Part shown: positions 1-13,099 of the stretch, in pieces
Layout: each line of letters opens with the position of its first letter
Numbering within the stretch: position 1 is the stretch's first letter
NCBI GenBank assembly: GCA_028023455.1
Contig: JAQFVV010000010.1
Coordinates: 12,834,001-12,898,000, forward strand
Length of the DNA: 64,000 nucleotides
Source: Epiperipatus broadwayi
Taxonomy: Eukaryota > Animalia > Onychophora
Direction: 5' to 3'
The notes under the pieces: generated by a model
Told to the model about the DNA's origin: nothing
Database searches by the model: none
The model's input: the letters and a program-made list of their open reading frames with translations, nothing else
Program-made: the position numbers and the translations under genes

Positions 1-3000
1 AAAGAAGAGAAATAGATTGATCTGAAGAAGACTGTGAGGAACAGTTGAAACTGTTTATTAATAACCATTATTTGCTTAAAGGTGTAAGAAATTTGTGATT
101 ATTTAATATATTGTTATATATGAATAAGCAAAATTACTGAAGAAGTATATACAGAATTATATAGATTATTAAACTTATTAACTATTCTTGTAAAATTATT
201 TTTATTATAAAATGTATTTATATTTTTTTGAATAATAATCTAATATTAATACCCATTTTCTTATTGAGTTTTTTAGTTGCCACCGAATTGAATTTTAAAT
301 TGTTTTAATGTTGTACAGTAGCTGCCTCTTAATTTTTTATATAACTTATTTTAAATCGCTCACAAATTATTTGAAATTATCTCAATCCTATTTATATCAA
401 GAGTTTTTAAGCCAAAATCTTTATTTAACGTGGGTTTCATACTATTTATACAAAGTTTCTTTGATACAAATATTTCATAAATAGAAAAGTATAAAAGCAA
501 ATAATTGTATATAATTTAAAATAGTGAACTTATTAAATGAGATTGTCATACAATCTCAAATAGTAAAAAAAATACAATATTTGCAAATCTACTCCTAACA
601 CTTGGGGATGATCTCATACACTTAACTAATGAATATATTTTAAATATAAAATACTTAGCCCAATGGTCTAGGTCTGCTTTGGCATGTCAGGAGCTAGTCT
701 TCTCCTTGGAAGCACATTCTTAATGTTAATAGATAATTACCTTACTCTGAAATTAAGAATGGAAGGAACTTCCTACAATTAATTATCCCTAGCATGGGGT
801 AATTGAAATATTTATATAGTTTATTCAGGGTGATCAATGAGAATTACTCTCAATACATTGAAAGTAACTAGATTCAGACAAAATTTTAGACGGTAATTAA
901 TTACTCATCTGCAATTTTCTGGATTTTTTAATTTTATATATTTAATTTCTAATTAAATATTTTACACAATATTTAATTTTTAATTAAATCTATATCTGCT
1001 GTTTTACAATTATATTACTTGAACTACATATAATAATATGAATAAAAGTAAACTACATTTATTAATTATAATACTTATACAAATAATTCTCTATATACAT
1101 TAATTGATGTACAGATATATAAGCATACTTTTTACTTGTAATATATATAGCAAATGTAGAAATCCCACATTTTGTCTATCACATTATGAATTCACTCTTC
1201 TTTTGATCTCGGGCATTTAATCAGTAGAGGTCTTGGTGCATATGACAATGGGTTGTGTATGTGGAACATTTTCACCCTAATAACTATATTGAATCAATCT
1301 TTTTTTTTTTGTTTTTTTTTTTAAATTACAAAATTTACATTTGGCTGTTAATTTTTTCTTCTAAAGTTAAAATGACCTTATTCATTTACAATAGCTGCTA
1401 ATGGTGATTAAACTAATTTAGAATACTGTCATAAATATATTGAAATACAATTTAGATTCCCTGCTGACTTAATATAGATACTGAAAAAAATTTCATTTCA
1501 TACTTACAATACTCTGGTAAGACTAATTTATGTTCTTCAATTTGCAAGATGAAACATAGAATTTATTGTTTTAAGAACATATATTCATTAGATTGTGCAG
1601 ATGATAGTTTAATAGATAAGTTGAACAATGATAAAGATATGTGTAAGAGAATGCAATCCGAGTCAAATAGAGTGCTGGTTTAGCATGAAATGTGTATCAT
1701 GAGAATCATATATCCTTTTCATGTTTTTGGTCATGTTTATGATTACATCCCTCCACAAAGTGTTAAAAAGCAATTAGAACTGCTCCCTATCATGCATGAT
1801 AGCGATATAGTGAAAATTACACTATAGAAATATTATTCAATAAATGAATAATCTCTAGTCTAATGAACGACTAACAAAAATTATCAGAGTAGCAAGTCTT
1901 TAAAAAAAATTTAATGGAATTGATCATTATTTTTATAAAAGATCACATCCCATTTGCAATTTCTATTGCTAGCATTGAGAGCAAGTGGCTAACGATGGAA
2001 TACGGAGTTACAATTATTGTTTGTTGTAGGTTTAAGACAGCATTTCAGGGCATACAGATTAAAGAACTAGTATATATTGTATCTACTGAAGAAATGTCAG
2101 TCATAAAAAAAATTTTCATTTGATTTTGATGGTAAATATGTTAATCTATGAAGCGTTGAACTCTGTTGCTATGACAATGATAGTATTGATATAATAAAAA
2201 AAATTAATTTATTTTATTCATTTAAATAAAGTTAAATTTTTCTAAAGACATTCAACACACATATCAGATGATGGAAATAGTCCAATATTAAAATGCAACT
2301 AGATCACCATCATCACAAACCTTCAGGAAAACAAAAAAGCATATAGTTGGATGTCTCAAATATATTTATTTTATTTGAATAATATTGTACAGGAAAAATA
2401 GGTATGCAAAATATATTTCCAGTGCAGTATAATGAGAATGTATTATAAATAGGCAATTGTTTAATTTGTGTTAGAATGAAAGAATGGTATTTGTATTATG
2501 AAAATGTTTGTTGTACATAATAATTCTAAAATATTTATTTTATATGTTGTATAATAAAATTTTTATTTGGGAGATGCTGTTTGGAATTGGCTAAAGAATT
2601 AATAAAGGATATTACTATACTTACTCTGATGTCAGTGGAAAAAGTTATAAATAGAGCTAAATAGAAAAAACTCTCCCTTGTTTTAGCTTCAACAGAAGCA
2701 CATCTACATTTCTTTGCACAATTTTTTTATTTATTTTAAAAGTATAAAGTTAACTTGACAAAACGATGGGGTGAATAGCAACAATATTTGCCCAGAAACT
2801 GTAGTGTGTCAAGGATTTGTGAGAAGTGACAATTTATTATAAAAATGTAATCGAAAATGATTCAGTGTTATAAACCATCAGAATGTTTCTTTGCTTTAAA
2901 AAGATATTATCTACTTTTCAATGATGAGATCTAAATGTTAATAACAAAAAAATGTAAACAAAGATTATCACAATCTCCTACTAATATAATTTTATAAGCC

Positions 3001-3089
3001 TGATGAATAGTTTATACACCAGATAAAAATTGGCTGAATTTCCATAGAAATATCATGGATGAAACTAGCATCTGTTCACTTGTAAAATT

Positions 3090-3935
3090 TTAAAACAGGC
3101 AAAACTCACTATACGTATTGCCACACACAGCTAGCTAGAGTTATCAATAGATGCCAGAAGGCTTGTACATAAAATCCCCATCAAGTGCCTACTCATCCAA
3201 TATCCCCAGACTAGTTACTGGCTTGTGGCCTTTGTCAGTGAGGAGCCTTGGATCTGAGAGCACTGCACCTAGATCTTAGGATCTAATGCAACCCTCCAAC
3301 AGCCACCTTTTATCTCCACTTAACTACAAAACTATGAGTCTTAAATTGAAAACACCTTAATATTTTCAAGCCCATCAGCTTATGTAGTCATATAGGTCTG
3401 AAATCAGTTCAGTATCTATACATTTTCGTTTACCTGTTTTAATAAGTTATAAGCAAGCATAATAAGTGATCATGTGATGTTTAATGGCTTAAAACCAATC
3501 CTGCCTAATAGGATAGTGGTGGATATGGTTATTAAAGAACCAAAGACACCAAAATGTATAAATACTGAGCTGAGTTCAGACCTATATGACTACATAAGCT
3601 GATGGGCTTGAATTAAAAATATTAAGGTGTTTTCAATTTAAGCCTCATAGTTTTGTAGTTAAGTGGAGATAAAAGGTGGCTGCTGGAGGATTGCATTAGA
3701 TCCTAAGATCTAGGTGCAGTGCTCTCAGATCCAAGGCTCCTTACGGACAAAGGCCACAAGCCAGAAACTAGTCTGGGGATATCAAATGAGTAAGCACTGG
3801 ATGAGGATTTTATGCACAAGCCTTCTGGCATCCATTGATTACTCTAGCTTGATGTGTGTGGCAATACATAGTATAGTGAGTTTTGCCAGTTTTAATAACA
3901 GTTGTAAGCAAACATAATAAGTGATCATGTGTTGT
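3090..3935 (+). repeat. Foldback element: ~340-bp inverted arms plus a one-sided tail
   Basis: 3090-3426 is the reverse complement of 3551-3895, with a 124-bp spacer. Termini are TTAAAACAGGCAAAACTC / GAGTTTTGCCAGTTTTAA. Confidence 0.9.
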
Positions 3936-4537
3936 AAATTTTTACGAACTGGTTACTTGCTAAATGAAAGGATATCTACATTGCATTGTCATATATATAA
4001 ATTAGTGTTTGCACACTTATAACTCTATATAAATCAAATATCTGCTAAATGAAAAGATAATTTGGATATTTAAAAAATATTGTAATTAACAAAATATCTA
4101 GGAATCTTATAGATTTTCATATTTCTGCTTTTTTTGGAATAAAATAGTCTGAACACGATTTTAAAAAAATAAACACTAGAATTATGGTACTATTTTAGAA
4201 AGCCTGTATATAAAGACTATTACTCAGATTGTTTGCTTAGATTTACCATTATTGTTACATATTTTTTTCACTTAATTTAAAATGTATAGTATTATTGGTA
4301 TAAATAGTAGTATAATTTTAGGTTAAGTAGGAATATATTTACATACCTAAATATAAGAGTTACATTTTCCTAAGTTTGATTTCACATTTTACAGCATAGT
4401 AATTTTTATTTTAATTAAAAATATTCATTTTTTTTTATTTATTCATTATAAACTTCAGGTATATCACTTATATTAGTTCAAAATGATCATATTGTAATAA
4501 GTATTTATTTATTTTCTCTTAAATTTATATTAACAAA

Positions 4538-4750
4538 TAATAGTTTTAACAAGGCTGTAAACCTTAGCAATGAGCGTCTGAAAAAATCGTCACTAGGGAC
4601 CTCTGTAGGTCTTTAAAACACATGCTTACACTATGAAGAAAAGAGAGAATCCCATAGCGTAAGCATGTGTTTTAAAGACCTACAGAGGTCCCTAGTGATG
4701 ATTTTTTCAGAAGCTCATTGCTAAGGTTTACAGCCTTGTTAAAACTATTA
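4538..4750. repeat. Near-perfect palindrome (MITE-like)
   Basis: 98-bp arms with 3 mismatches around a 17-nt spacer. Confidence 0.93.
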
Positions 4751-5871
4751 CTGAAATAATAGTGAGCGTTTAATAAAAAAATTATAATTAACAAATAAGA
4801 AAATTTATTTCTATATATATATTTTATTTCGATTAACTATATTTTTATATGAAGCATATATAGTAAAGAAGATATATCTTGAATTCTCATATTTCGTAAA
4901 GTATAAACATTCTACTTTTTTTTAGCATTACATAAACGTGTTTGTATTTAGTATCCAATAATGGAGATTGGTGTGCAATCATCACCAATTTAAATATAAA
5001 GTTAATGTCAATTGAAAACATATTGCTTAAAACACAATTATATGCATTTATTTTAAATGTTTATTTGCTATACATATATATTTTTGATTTTAATTAATAT
5101 CAATTTTTTAACACATTTTGAATTAATTTTAAACAAATAAACTTGCTTGGCTGTCATTCAATTTTACAATGCAAATTTATTGGTTAATCATATTTAGATG
5201 AGATGATATTCATTAATTGATCATACTATATAATTCATTAGAAGCAATTACAAAAATAATTCAGAAATCAAAATCATAGGGTGGGTAAGAAAATATAATT
5301 ATACATCTTTTTTTGTATTGAATTTAATATTTATTATCCTGACCAGGTATAGGTTTTATATAACAATAAATTAACTGATTTGATATTCTTAAATATTCAA
5401 TAAGTAATTATTTTGTTAGTAACAAGTAATAGATAAAATAAGATAGAAAACAACTACATAAATTGATTTGATGATTAACAAAGGTATGAATAGGATAAAT
5501 ATTAAAGATGAATAAAGGTCGCTGCAATTAAATGTTTGAGTATTTAATTTTAAATTATTGTAAACTAAAATGAATGTTATATTAAGTCAGTATATAGCCA
5601 TAAAAATCATAATCCTATTCAGTTATAAAACTGGTAATAATAACATATTTGATTCTGCTACAAATTAATTTGCTTTAATTATATTTAAAGTTCATTAATG
5701 TGGATCGTAAATTCAGTTTAAATATATTAAGATTTGATTATAATAAACACTACCAAACTTTTACATATGTTGAGTTATAATCTAAAGCTGTAATAAACTG
5801 AAGAATAATTGAATGTGACTTGTCAATTGTTAGAATAAGCATCAAATAGGAATCTATTATTTATTTCATAT

Positions 5872-8800
5872 TATAACAGTCAAATCTGTGTTTCGCGCAA
5901 CAAAATCTAGTAAATCATACCAAGGCTGACCAGCATAGAGTGGTACGAACCACGTTGCCTGATATAGCCCCAACTCCTTTACCAATGCTCAAAGATTTAC
6001 CACCTTGCGGATGACACATATGAAGCCACAGCAGCATTTTCCTTCATCACGTGCCGGCAGTAGCACATCGGTACAGGACAAAACTATGGGAATTTGACTT
6101 ATTAACTAGTATAGCTATATAGACGATGTGTGTGGCAGAATATAATTATAAAATATGGATTGTGACTCTTGACTAATGATTAACTAATCAATAGACCAGA
6201 CATGACACAAAAGTTAAATTTAAACATAATTTAATGAAAAATAAATAAAATTAATAAACGAAAATATAGACGATGTGTGTGGCAGAACATAATTATAAAA
6301 TATGGATTGTGACTCTTGACTAATGATTAACTAATCAATAGACTCACCAATGAGCAACATTGAGACATGACACAAAAGTTAAATTTAAACATAATTTAAT
6401 GAAAAATAAATAAAATTAATAAATGAAAATGATGACTATGACTAAGTTAGGGACACAATTTCATATTTGAGTTTGGTAATCACACGCAAGTGAGAATGGA
6501 GTTATACTCATTTATGGTTTGCCTAGTTACATATGGCTTTATTTTACATATACATTTGGTACAATGTAAATCACTCACAGGTGACATGAATCATTTTGGT
6601 TAGTTATATTATTAGATTCATTATAAATACATATATTACTCGTAGGTTATGATTTAACTGTTTATATAGCAGTTCCAATCACGCGCAGATGATTGTAGTT
6701 TGGATTACAAATCATTTAATTAAGTTTGCTACTTATAGATATCACTCTCAGGTGATTAAGAAATTATGTTTTAACATTTATATTTTCATTAGCCTTAAGA
6801 TTACATTATAGTTAGAGGTTAATTTGTTCATGACCATCTATGCCTAGTTCATGCTATATAACTGGGTCTAGATCCGCTCTAGAGCTAGTAGAAGTGATTA
6901 TACATATTGATAAAGAATATGATATTTTATTAAACACGAATACTTAATATTCTCTGTATAGCTTATGTGCTTATAAAATTAGACTCGAATTCAGATCAAA
7001 GCTGAAAATACAATTACTATGGCGGGATGAACTGATGATTGGCAGTCAGACTTCAGATACCATGGCGTATAGAAAATATAAAGTCTGATATAGCCCTTGC
7101 ATCTCGAGAGTGCCTTTTTATGGGTCCTTTACCAAGTAACGGTTCCCTTTTTCACCGTATTCATTGATGTGGAATTAAGATAGAAGACCTTTTAGTCCGG
7201 CGATCGAACAACTAATTAAACTATGGGAGTCTCATGCCCATTTATGAGGATGCAGAATGGGGTGGGACATCCAACTTCCATCTGAAGAGATAGTTGTCCG
7301 AACTAAGAGAGTAACGGCATAGCCTTAAACATACAACCGCTAAAGATATGCACAGCAACAAATATATATATATATATGCCGTAGCGTTTCTTAAAAACAC
7401 ACTCGCACCACTGACCACATTATATTGTAACGACATATTTATATCCGGATTGTTACAATATAATAAAATTTTATGACACTAAACACTAGTTTCCTTCATG
7501 AAACTACCGTATATCAGTTCATTGGGTAGCATGTATAATTATGCAATTAAGGAAAAACTAGGAATCTAATTTGTAAAGCTATCTATATAGGAACTTATAA
7601 CTTTAGAAGGAAGTACAGCACATTATTGGGCATTAGGATATAAAGTTATAGCTCTATGCTGTATCTCAATCACTCTGGCTAAATATTAGTTAAACATCTC
7701 GAAAGCGAATCTAGCTTAAAACAGCTGTAAGCTTTTTAATTAACTCTTAAGCAAGATATTTTACCCCTTTCAAAACGGGTTTCTTTTGCATCCTAGACAC
7801 TATATTATTCTCTAGGTGCAAACCTGTGATGGCTCCTCACTAAGCATTTAATCAATAGTAAAATCCCACTTTCAACAAATATAGCACAACTACTAAGCAA
7901 TGGAAAATCATAAAACTTGGCATAAGTTTAATGAGCAGATATCTAAAATTTGACTCTGATTTAGCATAGTTTGAAAATGAATTTGCAACGCAATTAGTTT
8001 ATATCTGATTGACCCAGTTCAAGACAAATTTAAGTTGTGTACAAGAATTAATTAAGGCAAATATTATTATTATATTAAAATATGTAAAAACACATATCAT
8101 TAAGTTAAAATACGTAAAATAATCTAGAAACTTAATTATCATTTTAGAATGAAGCATTTAAAACTATACACAATTAAGAATAAAGCATTTAAAATTATAC
8201 GTAATGAAATAATTAATTTAAAATCAATCACTTTAAGCAAGTCACAACTAAATAAGTCAGAAAACTGTAAATACATTGGAACTAGATCAATCGGAGATAA
8301 CTTAGCAAACCAACACATAAATTAATAAATACATAGAGTACATAATCAATAAATATGATATTAACTCAGTATGAAAATCAAATCAGTTATTAACTCAAAT
8401 CAGTTACTAAATTAAATTAAATCAGGCAAGATTTTAAGATGAAAACAAAAGAAATCAAAATTACATTTTAGTAGTGATTTTAAGATTAAAATAAAGAAAT
8501 CAAAATTACATTTAGTAGTGGATTATTGCTATGGCCATAGAGTTTAAATTTAGCTAGCTTTAGGAATAATCGCATTTTAATTATTAATCTTTAAGTAGAG
8601 GAAGGGTTTTACCGGCTCTTTTCTCTGCTGCTTGTACTTGTTTCATGTTGAGGATGGAAATCAGGCATCTGCTTCCTACGGCTCTTCTTTCACTGCTTCC
8701 CGCATGGTAGACTCCTGGGTCAGAAAGGCAAGAAAAATGCCTTCTACTCAAATTGCATCATAATTACTATTTTAAACATAAGTTTTTAACTGAAATAATG

Positions 8801-9526
8801 TTCGACTAATTTCAAAATGGCTGCAGAGGCTTATATTATCAGCTTACCCCCCTCTTCTCGGTCATAGTAATTTTCTATTTGTTTTGCTAATTTTCTTGCT
8901 GTATTCCTAGAATTGTATAATTACTGTTTTTATTTCTTATAGCGAAGTTTTACAGCTGGTCATTCATGATTTCTTTTTAATTACTCAGGATAATTTATCC
9001 TACAAGTTAGTGTTACTTTTAGTTTTGTAATTAGGTCACACTACAGTGAGAAAGATTAAATTTTATAATACCAATTTTTCGAAAACAAAAAAAAATGGAA
9101 AACATATGTTTATATATGTAACTTGATTATTTAATTTAGCAATATATGCAGAAATATACCATACTTTCAAATATTAATTTTCTTTAGAATAAATATTTTA
9201 AATAAATAAATTTATGTTTTAAATCTGTTAGCATTATTCTTTCCTGCATATATGTAGTCTCGTGTTACACATACAACGCAGTTTTCATTAATTTACTCCT
9301 AGAAATATGTGTGTATATTTGGTTTTTTACATATGCAGATACACCTTTTATCTTGTAGGCTTAAGATATATGCACACATACATAACTAATACTTTTATTT
9401 TTAAATCCAGCCTGATTTGGATATATTAACCTGATATACGAGAATTTGGTGATAGATACACATATAGAAATACTACTATAGTATATAGTAGGTGAAACAG
9501 TTTGATTGATAGAGCTGACTGTTTCA
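5872..9526 (-). repeat. 3' LTR (3655 bp)
   Basis: Aligns along its length with 16900-20509, with scattered substitutions and several indels, including a ~147-bp internal duplication at 6119/6266. Confidence 0.92.
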
Positions 9527-9540
9527 TATCCTCAAACTCA
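9527..9540 (-). promoter_or_regulatory. Possible degenerate polypurine tract
   Basis: On - strand TGAGTTTGAGGATA directly precedes the 3' LTR start TGAAAC; only partly purine. Confidence 0.3.
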
Positions 9541-10118
9541 CGGGAATTTTTTTAATTTTATGGGTTTATGCCTTTACTTCGGGTATTGGCAAAATTTTAT
9601 CAAACAAACAAACAAAAAAGTTTTACTTTGGCTATTAGCAAAATTTTATAAAAGAAGCACAACTTTCACTTCATGTATTCTGTCACTTACTAATTTTAAA
9701 ACGAACCCTCTCTCATCTTATTATACCCCCATGCAGTTAGACACAACCCATTCTAGAATATTACAATAACTACGACTAAACTAAACTAATCATCATGTGC
9801 TTATATGTATATAATTCTAAGTGTTTCATAACCCTAAGTAAGGTCTAAAACATCCATCAAATTTTTACTAATAGGCTCACCTCATCATCATCCCCCCTAC
9901 ATCACTGTAAACGTGTCTGGTTTACTTCAGTTTTAATCTCTACCCTAAAACACAATTCCTACACTCTTAAGAATATGCGTACTTATATATATATCGGCTA
10001 CAAATGGAAATTGTAATATTTTCATTAAGCACCTACAACACTCTAAACAACCGGCTATTTGCAGATTATATCTATCTACATGTACTACTTATACTAAAAT
10101 CATACCTATAACAAATTA

Positions 10119-13069
10119 CTATCTATCTTTAATATTATCCAACGCCATTCTATATGGTTTTAAGCTCCGTGCGTTGTACATACCAATGGTCTGTTTCCAA
10201 TAGAAAGGCATTATTCCCTTGGGCTGCTTTGATCTTATAGGGATCCTTGTATAGTGGCAGGAACTTATGGAACTGCTTAAGGGATTTGTTGCTTGGCTGC
10301 ATAGATTTTACCTATACCATGGCACCCACTCTAAAAGTATAACCTGGCTTGTGCCTGTTTAGGTATGCTGTCATTCTCTGTAGCTTCATCCGAGCCTTGT
10401 CCTTATCTATTTCATGGCTCATTGCCTCTTCATCTGCTGGAAAGGGTATGGGAATTACTGGTGGGCACACCTTTCCAAAATGTAGCCTTGTTGGTGGGAA
10501 TCCTGTGGACTCATTACTCGTGTTGTTTATATTTCATAGCACTGGGTCCATTTTAACCATCCATTTCCTATGATCTGACCCCACAATGGTCCTGTACAGT
10601 CGAACTAACTCCCACATAACTCGTTCACAGAGGTTGGATTGCAGGTTCCACACAGATGTTAACACGTGCTTGATTCCCTGTTTTTCCACCCATTCTTTCC
10701 ACGTGGTTGAGGTGAATGCCGTATCCCTATCCAAAATTATGGTCTGTGGTTTTCCCACTCTAGAAAACTGCAATCTATTTAGAGTTCCTACCGTTCCCCT
10801 TTGTACTCTCAGTCCTAACTGGGTAGGCCTGCACATATTTGGAGAAAACATCATAGGCCACCAACAAGTATCTGTACCACTTATACATTGGCAATGGGCC
10901 ATAATGATCAATATCTAGGGTCTGATTTGGCTCCGTAGGAATGATGAAAAACATGGGACCCATGTAAGACTTATTTGGGGGTTTGTTCCTGGTGCAGAGG
11001 TCACATTGCCTAAGTCGCTCTAGGACACTCTGGTATAGACCCGGCCAATAGAACTGACATCGCAGAGCCTCCTTCTTTTCCTTGGCCCATAATGCCCAAT
11101 AGCCCCCCATTCATGATTTCTCCCTTGAGTTTAGCATACCATGGGAACTTCTCTTGCCAGTAGGGTAGATTTCTTAAATTAATCTCAACCGAACCATTGA
11201 GCATCTGCATGATTATCCCGGAGGACTCTCTGGGCACAGGATTTTCGGCCTTTATAGTGACTGGATTTCGGCTTAACACATCTGCCACTATATTTTCCAA
11301 ACCCAGGCAATATGTAACTTGATATTGAAACCACTGGAGGGACAGGCTCCACCTAATTAGCCTATCATTTGTCAGGTAACTTTTATTCAAGAACTCCAGA
11401 CATCGATGGTCAGTTATGATGGTAATCTGTGACCCTAGGAGAAACTGCTTAAATTTTTCACAGGCCCATACTATGGCTAGAGTTTCCTGTTCTGTCACTG
11501 TATAATCGGCCTCTGGTCCCTTTAACCTCCTGCTGGCAAAACACAAGACCTATTGTTGTTGTTCTTTATTGATTTGAAACAGAACTGCCCCCATACCAAA
11601 TGACTACAGTCATTTTGTACAAAGAATGACTGCTGGAAATCGGGATGGCTAAGCATAACTGTCTCTAAAAAAATTTTTACATTTTCAAATTCAGTGTGGG
11701 TCTTGTCATTCCATTCCCACCTGGCATCCTTTTTTATCAAGTTCACCAATCCTGTAGTATCCTGAGCAAAACCTGGGTAAAACCGATGGTAGTAGTTACA
11801 GAGGCCTAGGAAAGATCACATGTTTCTTGGTGGTAGGTGTGGGGAAGTTTTGTATTGCGGCTACTTTATCCGGATGGGTGCTTACTCCTCTACCATTTAC
11901 CAAATGCCCCAAGAACATGATTTTGAACTGTATAAATTGACTTTTTTGCAAGTTCACAGTGATGTTTTTCCTTAAGCATTCACCAAAGAAATCCCTGAGC
12001 TTTCACATGCTCTTCCTTGGTTTTGGAGGCCACCACCACATCATCCATGTAACACACCATGTGCTGCTTAAGTTCCTCTGACAATGTTTGATCTAAACAC
12101 CTCATCAGAGTGGCTGCACTGTTTATGAGCCCAAATGGAACGCATTGGAACACGTGGGTATGTCCTCCATACCGGAAGGCTGTGTACTGACGATCTCTGG
12201 GATCTAATGACATCTGCCAAAAACTGGATGTCAGATCCAAAGTGGAAAACACTCTTGCCAGCCAAACGCAAGATTTCTCTGATATTGGGTGGGATGTCCC
12301 TCTCAGGGATGGTTAGGTCATTTAATTTACGGGCATCGAGACAGATTCTCACAGCCATCTTTCTTCTTCGCTGCCACTAATGGGTTATTATATGGTGAAG
12401 CTGCCTTTTTGATATTCCAGGTTGTCATTTGCTTGATTTGCTTCTCAACCTCAGCCTGGTATTGGAATGGGATAAGGTATGTTTTGGATTGGAAATAACT
12501 CTCCCTTTTCAACCTAATGCAGTGGCAATATCTTTCTATGACCCCGGGTATCTTGGAAAAAAAACCCTGGTGCTCAGTCAGTACCTTTCTTAACTTTTCC
12601 TTTTCTTTTAACTTATCACACCCTACCTGATCTACCTTCTCTTTGATGGACATTGTTTTTTTATCAGTCTCCAGATACGTAGCTGAGCTACTGCCATGTA
12701 CCTGTTCCACCTGCATTTCTCTGCCTACCCTATACATGGTGATTTTCCCAGTCTCAAAGTCAATGACACCCCTATGTTGGTTTAAAAAAATCTGCCTCCA
12801 GTGCCATGTTTTGTAACAACCCCTGCATAACCAAGAATGCATGTCAACAACCCCTGCATAACCAAGAATGCATGTCCCAATGTCAATGATCCCCAGGTGA
12901 TTTCACACCACACCTGAAATCTTTCTGTGATAGTCCTGCCATTTGCCAAAAACATTTGCAAAGATTTCATGGGCAACCTCTGGCAGACATGACCCAGTGA
13001 CTCCATCTTGTCTACCCACTCTTTGGCCACAAAGGAAAGCTGACTACCTGTATCCACCAAGGCCATCAC
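10119..13069 (-). pseudogene. Gypsy pol (PR-RT-RNaseH-IN), frameshifted
   Basis: Protease ALVDTGSQ; RT CLDARKLN, LDLTSSFWQ, VPFGL, YMDD; RNase H EQETLAIVWAC..TDH..N..ADVLSR; integrase W..LY...C-x2-C, DIDHYGP, ILDRDTAF, ERVMWE; GPY/F-like LYKDPYKI. A 31-bp tandem duplication at 12815-12876 shifts the frame. Confidence 0.95.
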
Positions 13070-13099
13070 TTGACACTTATCAATAAATGTTTATCAATG

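Noticed and set aside
1560-1600. RT-like LDCADD motif
   Set aside because: Isolated; no other RT motifs in frame, and adjacent sequence is better explained by the PLE/HHR family.
7282-7310. Hammerhead in the LTR (CTGAAGA...CCGAAC)
   Set aside because: GAAC rather than GAAA in both LTRs, a 3-bp stem II, and no stems I or III.
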